DNA of 64,000 nt from Fistulifera solaris. Lineage: Eukaryota. A model generated the notes under the pieces. It was not told the origin of the DNA and searched no databases. It worked only from the letters and a program-made list of their open reading frames with translations. Both the position numbers and the translations under genes were made by a program. The stretch is taken from the NCBI GenBank assembly GCA_030295235.1, contig AP026137.1, forward strand, positions 930,001 through 994,000. The letters are read 5' to 3'. The stretch's first letter is position 1; each line of letters starts with the position of its first letter. Positions 1 through 12,600 of the stretch are shown here, in pieces.

Positions 1-752
1 CCATGTACGGTATCCGGATCTACACAGACGGGGCTATATTGAATCCTCACGCCGACCGTCTTCCTTTGGTGAGCTCTTGCATTATCAACGTGGCACAGGA
101 TGTTGACGAACCGTGGCCATTGGAAGTATATGATAGGAACAATAATGCTGTCAATGTTACCATGGAGCCCGGAGATATGGTATTGTACGAGTCAGGGTCG
201 CTGATCCATGGGCGACCGTTCGCATTGAAGGGCAAGTATTTTGCAAACATTTTCATACACTTTGAGCCCACTGGTCGTCGATTGCATGACAAGTCGGATG
301 AATATCTGGACGATCTGGACTCCTTTCTTCCACCTTACGTTATTCCTGACTCACCTGGTGCCGCCGAGTGGTCGAAAAAGAATCCACAAGGGTGGAAGAA
401 GCCGACTCCATCGGCGCCGATCCAACAAATCAATTCTCCAGAGAGTCATTATGCTGCCGCCCATGGTGATTTATCACGTTTGGAGTCAGTGTTACAAAAA
501 GATCACCGTCTATTACACAAGAAAGATAACAATGGATGGCTGCCTTTGCACGAGGCAACGCGTGCTGGTCACAAAGACGTTGTGGAATTTTTAATAAAAA
601 ATGGGGCAGATAAAAATGCTCGTACCGGAAGAACAGGCGATGGGAGCACACCTTTGAATTTAGCTTTGGCCTATCATGGCCCTGATCATGAGCTCTGCAA
701 GTACCTTCAGAGTCTTGGCGCAGCAAACTTGCCCAATAACGGTGAGCTGTAA
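1..752 (+). CDS. 2OG-Fe(II) oxygenase (prolyl-hydroxylase-like) + ankyrin repeat protein, copy 1, 5'-truncated by window edge
   Basis: HADR (HxD) and distal HGRP motifs; ankyrin GWLPLHEATRAGHKDVVEFLIKNGAD; C-terminus NGEL. Confidence 0.85.
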   Translation, partial: MYGIRIYTDGAILNPHADRLPLVSSCIINVAQDVDEPWPLEVYDRNNNAVNVTMEPGDMVLYESGSLIHGRPFALKGKYFANIFIHFEPTGRRLHDKSDEYLDDLDSFLPPYVIPDSPGAAEWSKKNPQGWKKPTPSAPIQQINSPESHYAAAHGDLSRLESVLQKDHRLLHKKDNNGWLPLHEATRAGHKDVVEFLIKNGADKNARTGRTGDGSTPLNLALAYHGPDHELCKYLQSLGAANLPNNGEL

Positions 753-1197
753 CCATCGCGAATCGGAATTATTCGAATGGATCAAAATACTTGGATCGTT
801 TCATAGCACGAACACCTTTATAATTGAAGCCTGGTCAGAATTTATACACTCTATTTCGTCAAATCGTCCTCAACTCTTTCGTTCCATCATTTCGGTTATA
901 GTCATTGCAAATCGAAGGTCTCTCGCCCTTTGGACGGATTGGGCGTTTCATTTTTTTGAATTCGACGTTGAACGTTATTTGCCGTTATTTTCACCTTTTA
1001 CTCTGCTCGAATGAGTAGGAGGGCTTCTTTCACTCGCCATTTGACGAGTTCAAACCCGAACTGCAAAATTCTATTGGTGTTAATCCGAACCGTGCCATTT
1101 TCTTGCACGACAACCATAATCTTTGCCTGTTTTAAACAACGGCTCGTCATACAAGTCACAAAACAAAAAAGCTGGCCGTAGCAACTGGAAATATATC

Positions 1198-2558
1198 ATG
1201 ATCCGCTCTTTATTGGTTGCATGGCCAATACTCCTCCTTGCACAGGGCGAGGAATACGCGACCGACTGTTCCTTTCCGATATTCAGCACTGATTTGAAAT
1301 GCGGCGACAAGCTGGGTGATCGAAGAACATTCTACGAAGATTATATCGAAGGATGCCGTCAATACCACGGGCCACAGAAAGCAAAACGATGTGACGCAAC
1401 TGAAGCAGACCGTATTGACATGAACAATCGTCAGCCTCAATCTATGGTGGTAGGTAGCACGGGTAGTAGAAGCGTAGGCAAACAAGAGTGTCTTGCTGCA
1501 GTATTTTCTGACACATCCGTGCTGTTTCTTCCCGCAGAACTACACCAGCACGGGTTTTATGAAGATACGTGCACCGAAGGAGGTCATGGCCTTACTGACT
1601 CGACACTGGGAAACCAACAAAGTCAATATGAAGGAAGAGCAATGGCCCGTGGGAAGTATATACGTGAACTATTGGGAATCGAAAACGTACATGGTTTCCG
1701 TTGAAGATACCAAGTTACGCGGAGCAGGTGCGACGCTCAAAGAAAAAGATCTGGGATGCCGCCAAGTCGACCATCGAACAATGGACCGGAATGGAATTAA
1801 AGCCAACGAGTATGTACGGTATTCGCATGTACACCGATGGCGCTGTTCTGAGTCCCCACGCCGATCGCCTTCCTTTGGTCAGCTCTTGCATCATTAACGT
1901 CGATCAAGATGTCGACGAACCGTGGCCTCTGGAAGTGTACGATCGACAGGGAAACGCCGTGAATGTGACAATGGAACCGGGTGATATGGTGCTTTACGAG
2001 TCGGGCTCACTAATTCATGGACGTCCTTTTCCGTTGAAAGGTCGATTCTTTGCCAACATTTTCATTCATTTCGAGCCGACCGGTCGTCCGTTGTACGCCA
2101 CAGGGGATGAATACTTGGACGAACTCGACGATTTTCTCCCTCCCTATCTTGTCCCCGGATCTCCGGAAACCGCGCATTGGACGGCACAAAATCCCCACGG
2201 CTGGAAAAAATCCGGACCCGCGGCTCCCGTAAAACAAATAAACGCACCCAAGGGTCATTTCGCGGCAGCTGTCGGAGACGTGGATAGGATCATTGAGCTC
2301 TCGGAAAAGGACCCTTTGTCACTTCATCGCAAGGATGCCAACGGTTGGGCCCCAATTCACGAGGCAGTTCGTAGTGGCTTTACCGAAATTGTGGGCCTAC
2401 TGATTGAACACGGATCACCGAAGGATACAAGAACCGGCCACGCCAATGAAGGCGCCAGTCCTCTGAACCTAGCATTAATGTATCACGGGGAAGATCATCC
2501 TGTGGTCGAATACCTTCGAAGTATTGGCGCTTTAGATATCGGCGAAGGAGAGTTTTAA
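1198..2558 (+). CDS. Signal peptide + Cys-rich N-domain + 2OG-Fe(II) oxygenase + ankyrin, copy 2
   Basis: ATG 1198 (MIRSLLVAWPILLLAQG); GT-AG intron 1450-1537 joins QSMV|NYT; frameshift in A-run near 1740; HADR/HGRP; ends EGEF. Confidence 0.85.
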
Positions 2559-3207
2559 GAAGACATCAATCATAATTCATGTAAAATTGGATAGCATTCG
2601 ACTGCGTCATGAAGAAAAACAACAGAAAATCGAAAGAAAGAACTCTTTTCAGTAGATTGTAGAAGTACAGCGTTGAAAACAAACCAGCCATGTTCGATCG
2701 AGCTGATAATCTTCACCGCAAATCGCATTATTGCATTATTTGATTTTTGTCCTCCATAAAAAATGAGGATACTTGCAATTCGTTTCTTTGCACGCCCTGA
2801 AAGAAGCCTAATTCGTTACGGAGAATGGTTTAATCACCACTCTAAACACTTCTTCATCAGCGCCATGTTTCTGAGAAGTGCTTGAATCTTCTTGTTGTTT
2901 GTTGCTTCGCAAGTCATTGTTGTCGTCGTCGCAAAAGTGCGGAAAAATTAAATGCTGCGCTCCGCTCGTCTGTCCGTCATGCGCCGCAGAGATGCGCCGT
3001 GTCCTTTGCGAACCGGTGGAGCACTTTTCACGGTACTCGACAGTAAGCCATTTGTGTATATTACTTTTTTTTGGAAAACTCACAACGGAACGCTCGTCAA
3101 CGTCAACGACAAAAAGGGACACTCGCTTTTTTCAGTTTGATGCGGAGAAATTCAATTCGATGATGATTCGACTTTTCCCTTGTTTATCATAATACTATTC
3201 ACAAAAC

Positions 3208-4545
3208 ATGCGCTATACATCCGTCCTTTCCAAATTATTGTGGCCCCTTACTACCAAGACGACAGAATACGGCGCCGACTGTTCGTGGCCGATTTTCAGC
3301 ACAAACTTTAGTTGTGATGATCGACTCGGGGATCGTGCTGCGGAATATTATGACTTTATACACAAATGTCACGAATACGGAGGTCCCAAAGGAAAGAAGG
3401 CGTGTGATCAAACTGAAATGGATCGTCTAGAAATGAACGCCCGACAGCCCAAAGCGATGGTGGTACGCAACCTCTTGTCAAGACATTCGTAATATAGCGT
3501 ATTGTCGATGACTGACCCTTTCGTGTTCGCTACCATTTAGAATTACACAGACACCGGATTCACCAAAATCAAAGCACCCCAAAAAGTTATGGACTTGATT
3601 ATACAGCATTGGGAAGCGAATAAAGAAACGATGACGGAAGAAAGCTGGCCGAAAGGCAGTATATATCTGAATTATTGGGAATCAAAGACATACATGGTGG
3701 CGGTCGAGGATCGGAATTTAAAGGGAGCCGGAGACAAACTGAAAGAACAAATATGGGATGCCGCCAAAACGACAATCGAAGCATGGACGAATGTGGAAAT
3801 ACAACCGACGAGTATGTACGGGATTCGTGTCTATACGGAAGGAGCGATCCTCAGTCCACATGTCGATCGTCTTCCTTTGGTCAGCTCATGTATCATCAAT
3901 GTGGCTCAAGATGTTGACGAACCGTGGCCTCTCGAAGTGTATGATCGACAGGGGAATGCTGTGAATGTGACAATGGAACCGGGGGATATGGTGCTTTACG
4001 AATCGGGCTCCACATTGCACGGTCGACCGTTCCCTCTCAAAGGTCGATACTACGCCAACATCTTTATACATTTTGAACCCCTCACTCGCCCTGCTGGTGA
4101 TCATTCTGCGCTTGATGAATTGTTACCACCGTACTTGATCCCTGGCACTGCGGCAGCACAAAATTGGTTAATAGAGAATCCCGACGGTTGGAACAAACCT
4201 TCACCAGCGTTTCCTGCTCAGCCATCGGATCAGCCAGAAGGACACTACGCCGCGGCTATTGGAGATTACTATCGCTTGAAAGAGTTAGCGCAAGAAAATC
4301 CAGAGTCTCTTCATCGGAAAGACTCGAACGGGTGGTTGCCGATCCACGAAGCAACGCGTTCCGGTCATACGGATATTGTAGAACTATTGATCCAGCACGG
4401 TGCAGAAAAGGATGCTCGAACGGGATTGAGTGACAATGGCAGTAGTCTTTTGAATATGGCGCTGGAATTTCACGGCGAAGATCATCCTCTGACCGCGTTC
4501 TTGCTGAGTATCGGAGCGCAAGACATTGGTTATGGAGAATTATAG
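3208..4545 (+). CDS. 2OG-Fe(II) oxygenase + ankyrin, copy 3
   Basis: Intron 3463-3540 at the same position as in copy 2 (AMV|NYT); HVDR/HGRP; ankyrin repeat; ends YGEL. Confidence 0.85.
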
Positions 4546-4734
4546 AATAATCCATAAGGATCCTGGGTTGTGTTTGCCTCTTTTGTAACGTCTTTTTTTG
4601 TTCGGAGTAGTCTAGTCATTATTGAAAAATTTTCCTAGCTGAAGGGATTCGATTCGATGCGCCGTGAGGAGTCAAGGGCCATAGGCGATCCTATCGCGAC
4701 AGTATTGGAGTCAATTTCTGAAATAGGAAAAAAT

Positions 4735-6900
4735 GTAATCTAAACCCAAAGACCAAATCCAGAAATTCTGGAACGTGCCAAAAAGCTCTCTGCGACGCAA
4801 AGCTCCTAATCCATTATTTTTTTTCCGAAATCTCGCAGAATTTCTGCACGACCCAAGACACCCGATTCCAGAATTTCTGGAAAAAGCACAAAAACATTGT
4901 CGGACGGAAACCCCCGATCCCGAACTATTTGAAACGTTCACAGAATCTCTGTGCCATCGCAATCACCTAATCCAAATCATCCGGAAGTCTCGCAGAACTT
5001 CTGTTCGAGCTTAATGCACCCTGGTCCAGAATATCTGGACCAGACCCATCGCAGAATTTCTGTGTGACCAAAATACCGATTCCAGAATTTCTGGAATTAG
5101 GAAAAACGTTATCTAAAACCCAAGCCGCGGGTACGGAATGTACGGATCGTGCACAAACGGTGTGTGCGACGCAAAGCACCTTATCCAAAATATCTGGAAC
5201 GCTCACAGAATGTCTGCACGACCCAAGACACCCGATTCCAGAATTTCTGGAAAAAGCACAAAAACATTGTCGGACGGAAACCCCCGATCCCGAACTATTT
5301 GAAACGTTCACAGAATCTCTGTGCCACCGCAATCACCTAATCCAAATCATCCGGAAGTCTCGTAGAACTTCTGTTCGAGCCAATACACCCTGGTCCAGAA
5401 TATCTGGACCAGACCCATCGCAGAATTTCTGTGTGACCGAATACCGATTCCAGAATTTCTGGAATTAGGAAAAACGTTATCTAAAACCCAAGCCGCGGGT
5501 ACGGAATATTTACGGATCGTGCACAAACGGTGTGTGCGACGCAAAGCACCTTATCCAAAATATCTGGAAGGCTCACAGAATGTCTGCACGACCCAAAACA
5601 CCCGATTCCAGAATTTCTGGAAAAAGCACAAAACCAATATCTGATGGAAAGCCCCTATCCCGAACTATTTGAAACGTGCACAGAATCTCTGTGCCATCCC
5701 ATCCACCTAATCCAAATCATCTGGAAGTCTTGCAGAACTTCTGTTCGAGCCAATACACCCTGGTCCAGAATTTTTGGACCATCCACAGAGTTTCTGTGTG
5801 ACCGAATATGTATTCCAGAATTTCTGGAATATGGGAAAATAATACTCGGAGCATCTAAACCAAAACACCGATTCTAGAATTTCTGGAACGTGCCCAAAAG
5901 CTCTATGCGACGCAAAGCACCTAATCCATAATATTTGGAAGTCTCGCAGAATTTCTGCACGACCCAAATCACCGATTCCAGATTTTCTCGAAAATGCACA
6001 AAATCATCGTCTGACGGAAAGCCCCTACCCCGAAGTTTCTGAAACGAGCACGGAATCTCTGTGCCACCTCGATCACCTTATCCAAAATATCTGGAACAAG
6101 ATCTGGAAGTCTCGCAGAACTTCTGTACGACCCAATACACCTGGTCCAGAATTTCTGGACCAGACCCATCGCAGAATTTCTGTGTGACCGAATACCGATT
6201 CCAGAATTTCTGGAACATGGGGAAATGTTATCTTTAAAATTCCAGAACTTCTGGAACGTGCCCAAAAGCTCTATGCAACGCAAAGCTGCACGCCCCAAAA
6301 CACCGATTCCAGATTTTCTGGAAAATGCACAAAATCATTATCTGACGGAAAGCCCCTATCCCGAACTATTTGAAACGTGCACAGAATCTCTGTGCCATCC
6401 CATCCACCTAATCCAAAAAATCTGGAAGTCTCGCAGAGCTTCTGTTCGAGTTATTACACCGGGTCCAGAATATCTGGACCACCCCTCGCAGAACTTCTGT
6501 GTGGCCGAAAACGTATTCCAGAATTTCAGGAATTTGGCAGAATGTTATCTAAAACCCAAACACCGATTCTAGAATTTCTGGAACGTGCCCAAAAGCTCTA
6601 TGCGACGCAAAGCACCTAATCCATAATATTTGGAAGTCTCGCAGAATTTCTGCACGACCCAAATCACCGATTCCAGATTTTCTCGAAAATGCACAAAATC
6701 ATCGTCTGACGGAAAGCCCCTATCCCGAAGTTTCTGAAACGTGCACGGAATCTCTGTGCCACCCCAATCACCTAATCGAAAATATCTGGAAGACTCGCAG
6801 AACTTCTGTACGAACCAATACAACGGGTCGAGAATTTCTGGACCATCCACAAAATTAATGTGTGACCGAATACCGAATACGTATTCCAGAATTTCTGAAA
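4735..6900. repeat. Complex satellite, about 6 units of ~370 bp built from CAGAATTTCTG / TTCCAGAATTTCTGGAA palindromic subrepeats
   Basis: acccaa(g/a)aca-ccgattccaga anchor recurs at about 4851, 5221, 5591, 5962, 6292 and 6657. Confidence 0.95.
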
Positions 6901-7470
6901 AATGGATACCACATAATTTTCGTTTTGGATGTCATAAAAATGGATTGTTGACGGTTAGCACTGTAGCTCTGATTTCGTCGACTAATCATATAAGCTTTTT
7001 GGCTAAGAGAGCTTCAATATCAGACACAGCAAAGTTAAATGCTAGTTATTCTACCTGTGTACTTACAATGAACCTTTTTGGTTTGTCGACTAGAGAGCTT
7101 TGACATGGAGTCGAATATTTTCAGCGAACAATCCGAACAAGGTAATTGTCACGACTGTATTTCAGTCGTGAATGAATCATCATCACCAATCATCACAAAA
7201 TCGTCCGTCCGTTACTCGTTTCCCTGTAAACCAACTCTCAAGCCCAGAGTACATTGCCGCACGGACATGCTTTTTGATAAAGCAGGCACGGAAAACCACG
7301 AGCGAATAAAAAAGACAAAAATCATCGATGACAGGAAGAGAAAGGTCATTATTTTCAAGAAAGATACGCAGCGATCGAACAATATCAGCATGCGGGAACT
7401 CTCTCACAACATGCGCAGTCAAGGCGTTGACAAAGACGGCTAATACGCATCTTTAAAACAAAGAAAGATA

Positions 7471-8612
7471 ATGAAATTGTTCGTTGCTAGCTTCCTCCGG
7501 TCGATTCGACATGATGATTCTGATCCAGACAAACAGCCTTCTTACGAAGGAAAAGATCCGCGCCTTCAAGATGTCCCCTGTTGTGCTACGTGTCACAGCC
7601 GACCCGTGGCTAAACTCATGTGCTGCTCGCGCTGTAAAACGGCTTGGTATTGCAGCAAAGAATGTCAGCTAGCAGATTATGAATCATCACACAAATCACT
7701 TTGTGTGTCGATTGCGCGGACTCTCAAACGGGTCGAACAACTGACAGTGCCCCTCCGCAGCACAATCATTGACGTATTCCTAGAACCGCAAAACTTTTTT
7801 GTATCACAAGTGGGGCTCTTTGGTCAGTTTTATCAAGCGCACGAATATTTGACAGCCCGCCGGTATTTAGTGGACTTGTATGTGCAAGCAGCCCATATCG
7901 CTGAAACCAAGTCGGTGTGGGAAAGAGCTCTCTCACACGCTCTAGAACTCATGCGACTGGATTATCGTGACGTAGTTGGAACACGCTCTGTGATTCCTTT
8001 CATTCTCTTGAATCTCAACCGGGATGATGATGCTTTTGATTTTATTCGATATTGGACGAAGATTGATCTCGATGACCGGAGCAAACTCTTCGATTTGATG
8101 AACCGTCACTTTGTATCTCAAGAGGGTGATTGGATCTACCCTCGCAACCAGAACTGTCGTTTCATGGATGTGTTTGAAGAATGCGCCAATGTGACCGATC
8201 AAAAAGCACCATTGCCTTTCTTGGTAGCTCTCCTTATCATTAAATGTCGCATCGTTGCGACCTATGATACCACGTGTGAGTCTATGGATTTGGCCTTTGG
8301 AACACCGAACGGACAACGCATTCAAGAAGTTCAAAGTGCGGTGAAAGAACTGATACTGGATGAAGCGTTGATGAATATTCAAAGTCAGCGACAGCAAGTT
8401 CAGCGTCTTTTGATTGTCATTCATCGACGCAACGCCATTATTCTTCCAGCGTTTCTCAACCCTACTCCGCTTTTGACAAAAAGTGGCAAAATGAACCCAA
8501 TGAGGCTTTGCTCGTACTCTTGCATGGCGCTGGCTGCTTCGTCTGTGTGCCTGGGGCTAAACCCTTGCTCGAAGAACGTTTCGGAAAAGAACCGTTTTAC
8601 GATTTGGGATGA
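7471..8612 (+). CDS. MYND zinc-finger protein
   Basis: CATC..CSRCKTAWYCSKECQLADYESSHKSLC; probable frameshift near 8480 giving C-terminus PGAKPLLEERFGKEPFYDLG*. Confidence 0.8.
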
Positions 8613-8727
8613 TTCCGCTTACAATATCTTTACAGAAAATGCCCATTACTTGATACATATAGTTGGAAACCAGCATTTATGACCTACGTCTCGCTATTGT
8701 TTTTCATTACATCATAGAAAATGCTAA

Positions 8728-8952
8728 ACCACGACTGCATTTCAGTCATGAGTCTATATTCGTTCGAGCCAACCAGCTACCTCTGTCTTCGTTCAGTTTG
8801 CATTTTGTCTAGCTATGATTGTCTTCACATGCAGCGCATGCCTCGACTTTTCAAGTCTAAAAGCCATACGAAGAGATACGTTTCCATTTCACTATAGATC
8901 CAAAGTGTGTGCGACCTTTTTCATGACTGCATTTCTCAAATGAGTCATGAGT
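8728..8952. repeat. Dispersed hairpin element, two tandem copies
   Basis: ccacgactgcatttcagtcatgag at 8729; actatagatccaaagtgt...catgactgc at 8891-8930. Confidence 0.7.
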
Positions 8953-9097
8953 CGGCCGTTCGCACTTTTTATTACACATTGCGTATCGCATCATTCATTC
9001 ATCTTTCGAAGCGATTGATCCTTTTATGACCGATTTCTAAGCTGTAACGCCAACTAGAGTACCTGGAGCGCTCATACAGACGTCAAACAAGCGCAGT

Positions 9098-10065
9098 ATG
9101 ACGACGCTAACAGCCGTTTTGGAAACAATCGGCACCATCGCACGGGCGAAGGGAGGTTGGTGTTTGCGAGAAGGGCTACTTCACTTGGCTCAAGTCGAAG
9201 ACGGCAAAATGCTGCCACTCATTTTGCAGCACGGAGTTCCGGCTTTTTATAGCTGTGTCGCCACGGAGAAGAACCGCTGTCGACACGAAGCCACACAGAA
9301 TTTAAAAGATCCGGTCACTTGTTTCGAAAGCTTATGTCGCACGATTGCGGGGCAGTTTGTTTCGGGTTTCTCGGCACAGGCCGCATGGAATCGTTTGATG
9401 GAGACCACTTCGAACAACTTGACACCCGAACATGTTCTCTCGCTGATTTCGGACGAGGACTCCACCAGAATCAATCCGGAACTATTAGAAACGAAGTTAC
9501 GAAAGCCAGCCGGTCTAACGAAAGCAAAAGCCGCATCCATTGTCGATCTCGCGCTTCATTTTCAGGAGGGAAAACTTTCGGAACAGTTTTTGAAGACAAC
9601 AATCGATGAAACAGAAATACGAAAAGCACTTTTACAGGTCAAAGGAATCGGACCTTGGAGCTGTGATATGTTTCTCATTTTCTTTTGGAGCGACCGGATG
9701 TCTTACCGATAGGAGATCTGGGCGTTCGAAAAGGCATAGCCAAGTATTTTGCACTTTCCGGAAGCCTCAAGAAAAATCAGTTATGCCCACGACAAGACGA
9801 GCGAAAGATCACCGAGAGATTGTTGCATTACAAACCATATTTCTCGCTACTTGCTTACTACATGTGGCGGGCTGCCGACACGCCATTGCTTGAGACCTAT
9901 AAAATAGAATCGCAACTGAAACTGGAGCCGTGTTTGACAGTTTCTGAAAGTGCTAGTGACCCTGCACAGTCGGGTGTTCCGTCGTTGAAACGAAAAGTAA
10001 CGAAAGTGGCAAGCCCAACCACACCATTGCAGTCAAAGCGAACACGACGTCTTGTCACTCCATAG
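9098..10065 (+). CDS. DNA-3-methyladenine glycosylase (AlkA/MAG, HhH-GPD family)
   Basis: LCRTIAGQFVS; HhH motif LLQVKGIGPWSCDMFLIF; ERPDVLPIGDLGVRKG after a frameshift near 9685. Confidence 0.9.
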
Positions 10066-10100
10066 TAAACCGACGTTGCATTATTGTAGACGACATGTTG

Positions 10101-10759
10101 TCAAGTAACAGTTTGTGTAGCGGTCCCATTCCTTGACGTCGCTTTTAACGCTTGTAGTTCTTTTGATAATAACAAATGAGGCTTTTCTTCCATTCTTAGT
10201 CCGCGACGAACTTTCACATTCACCGTTTGATTACCAACGGAATGAAAGTCTTGCGAGCGGAAAAATTGCAAAGATGCTGTATTGGTTGGTTCAACTTCTG
10301 CAAAAGAATTGTTTCGTTCCATAAGTTCGTCACTAAATGCTCACAATGTGTCACCAAATCGGCAGCGACTCCCTTTTGACGGAATGCTTCCTCAACACAA
10401 ATCAGACCGATCGTTGGTCGCTTTTCGGAATTGGCTCCGTTATTGATTCCGACTTCTGCCATCCCTATGACTCGCCCGAGCTCCTTGGCAACGAATAGAT
10501 TATACTTTTTGCCTCGCATGCGTTTCGCCGTTTGAGTGTATTGACGGAATGTGTAAGCCTCGGTCAATGATTGCTCATACAATGACCAGCGCAGTTTGTC
10601 GAAGCCGTTGCACCGAGGGGCATCGAATGTTTGCACAAGCAATTGTACCATTTCCTTCCATTCGTTGTTGTGTCGGGGTGGCGTAATGTACCATGCGAGC
10701 GCGACCTTTTTGACGATGATGAGCGCTGCCAGCAAAGACATAAAGCGCCATCTTTCCAT
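10101..10759 (-). CDS. GNAT acetyltransferase with hydrophobic N-terminus
   Basis: Motif A ICVEEAFRQKGVA; VEPTNTASLQFF after a frameshift near 10300. Confidence 0.75.
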
Positions 10760-11319
10760 GTCATCGAAATCTTCGAATGCAAATTCGCACCTCTTTATCA
10801 CGCGTTTATTGTTCTTTTGCTAAAATACAAAAAAACCGTTTCAAGGAAGGTCTGATGAAGTTATCAGCATGCGATGAATGATGATGATCGAATGATGATC
10901 GAAGAAATAAAATCTGTGCGTTTCAAATTCACCAGAAAATCTGGGAGAGTGGATTTTTCACGTTCCCAGAAAATGTGGGGAGAGGTGTTTTTCGACTCGC
11001 ATCTCAAACAACGACAACAACACGTCGTCGTCGCATCCTCGAGAACATCGAAGCAATAAGGGAGAAACATCATCGTCTATTCCTCTCTCACAAACTCAAT
11101 CACGTGCATTTTCTTCCCTGTTCTTCCTGGTAATCTCCTCTTCCGTGAGAACTACCGTGCAATCAGAAGCATGCTTCCTATTCTAAACAACCAACCGTCG
11201 CTGGCTGGTGCGCGGTTGATGTAAATCGAATGAGAAATCTTTTCCGTCAGCGACATGAACGGCTACGGACTATAATCTTACATTTTTTGATCTATAGTGG
11301 TACATTTGTCTCGGTCCTG

Positions 11320-12600
11320 TTACAGTTCTCCCTCGGCAATATCCTCTGCTCCAATTTCTCGCAAGTATAGCACAACCGGGTGTTTTTCATCATGGAATTG
11401 AAGCGCTAGATTCAGTGGACTGCTGCCTTGGCCTACATTTCCGGTACGCGCATTCTTCTCTGCTCCATTCTTCACCAGAAACTCTACAATGTCCTTGTCA
11501 CCAAACCGTATTGCTTCATGAAGTGCTCGCCAGCCGTTGGCATCTTGAGTGTTGAGCATTCGCTTGTCTTTCTTCACAATTTGTTGGAGGCGTTCAAAAT
11601 CACCGGTGGCAGCGGCAAAATGGGCTTCGGGTGCGGCGGCCTGTTGAATGGGGGCTGATGGAGAAGGTTTCTTCCAGCCACCTGGGTTTTGTGAAGTCCA
11701 GTGAGCGATTTCCGGAGATCCGGGGACAAGATAGGGAGGGAGAAAATCGTCGAGTTCGTCAACGTGTTGATCTGTTGTTGCATGTAAGGGACGACCCGTC
11801 GGCTCGAAATGAATGAAAATGTTGGCAAAGAAACGTCCTTTTAACGGAAAGGGACGCCCATGAATTAAAGACCCCGACTCGTAAAGCACCATATCCCCCG
11901 GTTCCATTGTCACATTCACGGCATTTCCCTGTCGATCGTACACTTCGAGAGGCCACGGCTCGTCGACATCTTGATCGACATTGATGATGCAAGAGCTGAC
12001 CAAAGGGAGGCGATCGACATGGGGGCTGAGGACAGCGCCTTCGGTATACATGCGAATACCATACATGCTCGTTGGCTTTAATTCCATTCCCGTCCATTGT
12101 TGGATGGTCGACTTGGCGGCATCCCATATTTTCGTTTTCAAATTGTATCCTCCGCCGCGCAGCGATTGGTCCTCGACGCTAACTAGGTATGAGGGTGTTT
12201 CCCAATGATTCACGTAAACGTTACCGGCAGCCCACTTTTCCTCTTTCATGTTTGCTTTGTTCGTTTCCCAGTGTTGAGTGAGTAAAGACATCACCTCCGT
12301 CGGAGCTTTTATCTTCATGAAACCCGCGTCCGTGAAATTGACCATAGACTGCGGCTGACGAATACTCATGGCAATACGATCATTCTCTGTTACATCACAG
12401 CGATTGGCTTTACTACCGTAATGTTTACGGCAGCCTTCCATAAAGTGTTCATAAAAGTTGTGTCGATCACCAAGCAAGTCACCGCACCTAAAATCTTTGC
12501 CATGAATCGGAAACGAGCAATCAACCCCATACGAGGCTTGCGCCTGGATATGGACTGCGAAGATCGTTAAAAGTATAAGGAAAAGGAAGGTATGCAGCAT
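11320..12600 (-). CDS. 2OG-Fe(II) oxygenase + ankyrin, copy 4 (intronless, intact)
   Basis: Signal peptide MLHTFLFLILLTIFAVHIQA; YGVDCSFPIH; HVDR/HGRP; ankyrin; ends EGEL. Confidence 0.9.
   Translation of the reverse strand: MLHTFLFLILLTIFAVHIQAQASYGVDCSFPIHGKDFRCGDLLGDRHNFYEHFMEGCRKHYGSKANRCDVTENDRIAMSIRQPQSMVNFTDAGFMKIKAPTEVMSLLTQHWETNKANMKEEKWAAGNVYVNHWETPSYLVSVEDQSLRGGGYNLKTKIWDAAKSTIQQWTGMELKPTSMYGIRMYTEGAVLSPHVDRLPLVSSCIINVDQDVDEPWPLEVYDRQGNAVNVTMEPGDMVLYESGSLIHGRPFPLKGRFFANIFIHFEPTGRPLHATTDQHVDELDDFLPPYLVPGSPEIAHWTSQNPGGWKKPSPSAPIQQAAAPEAHFAAATGDFERLQQIVKKDKRMLNTQDANGWRALHEAIRFGDKDIVEFLVKNGAEKNARTGNVGQGSSPLNLALQFHDEKHPVVLYLREIGAEDIAEGEL

Noticed and set aside
2808..3192. Overlapping ~100-aa ORFs between oxygenase copies 2 and 3
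   Set aside because: No motifs; looks like promoter/intergenic sequence
4735..6900. Hammerhead ribozyme (retrozyme) satellite
   Set aside because: I did not see the CUGANGA...GAAA core in the units
4711..7103. Repetitive ORFs on both strands within the satellite
   Set aside because: Translations of tandem repeat DNA, frame not kept between units
7078..7443. 121-aa ORF upstream of the MYND gene
   Set aside because: No domain signal and it overlaps a hairpin-element copy
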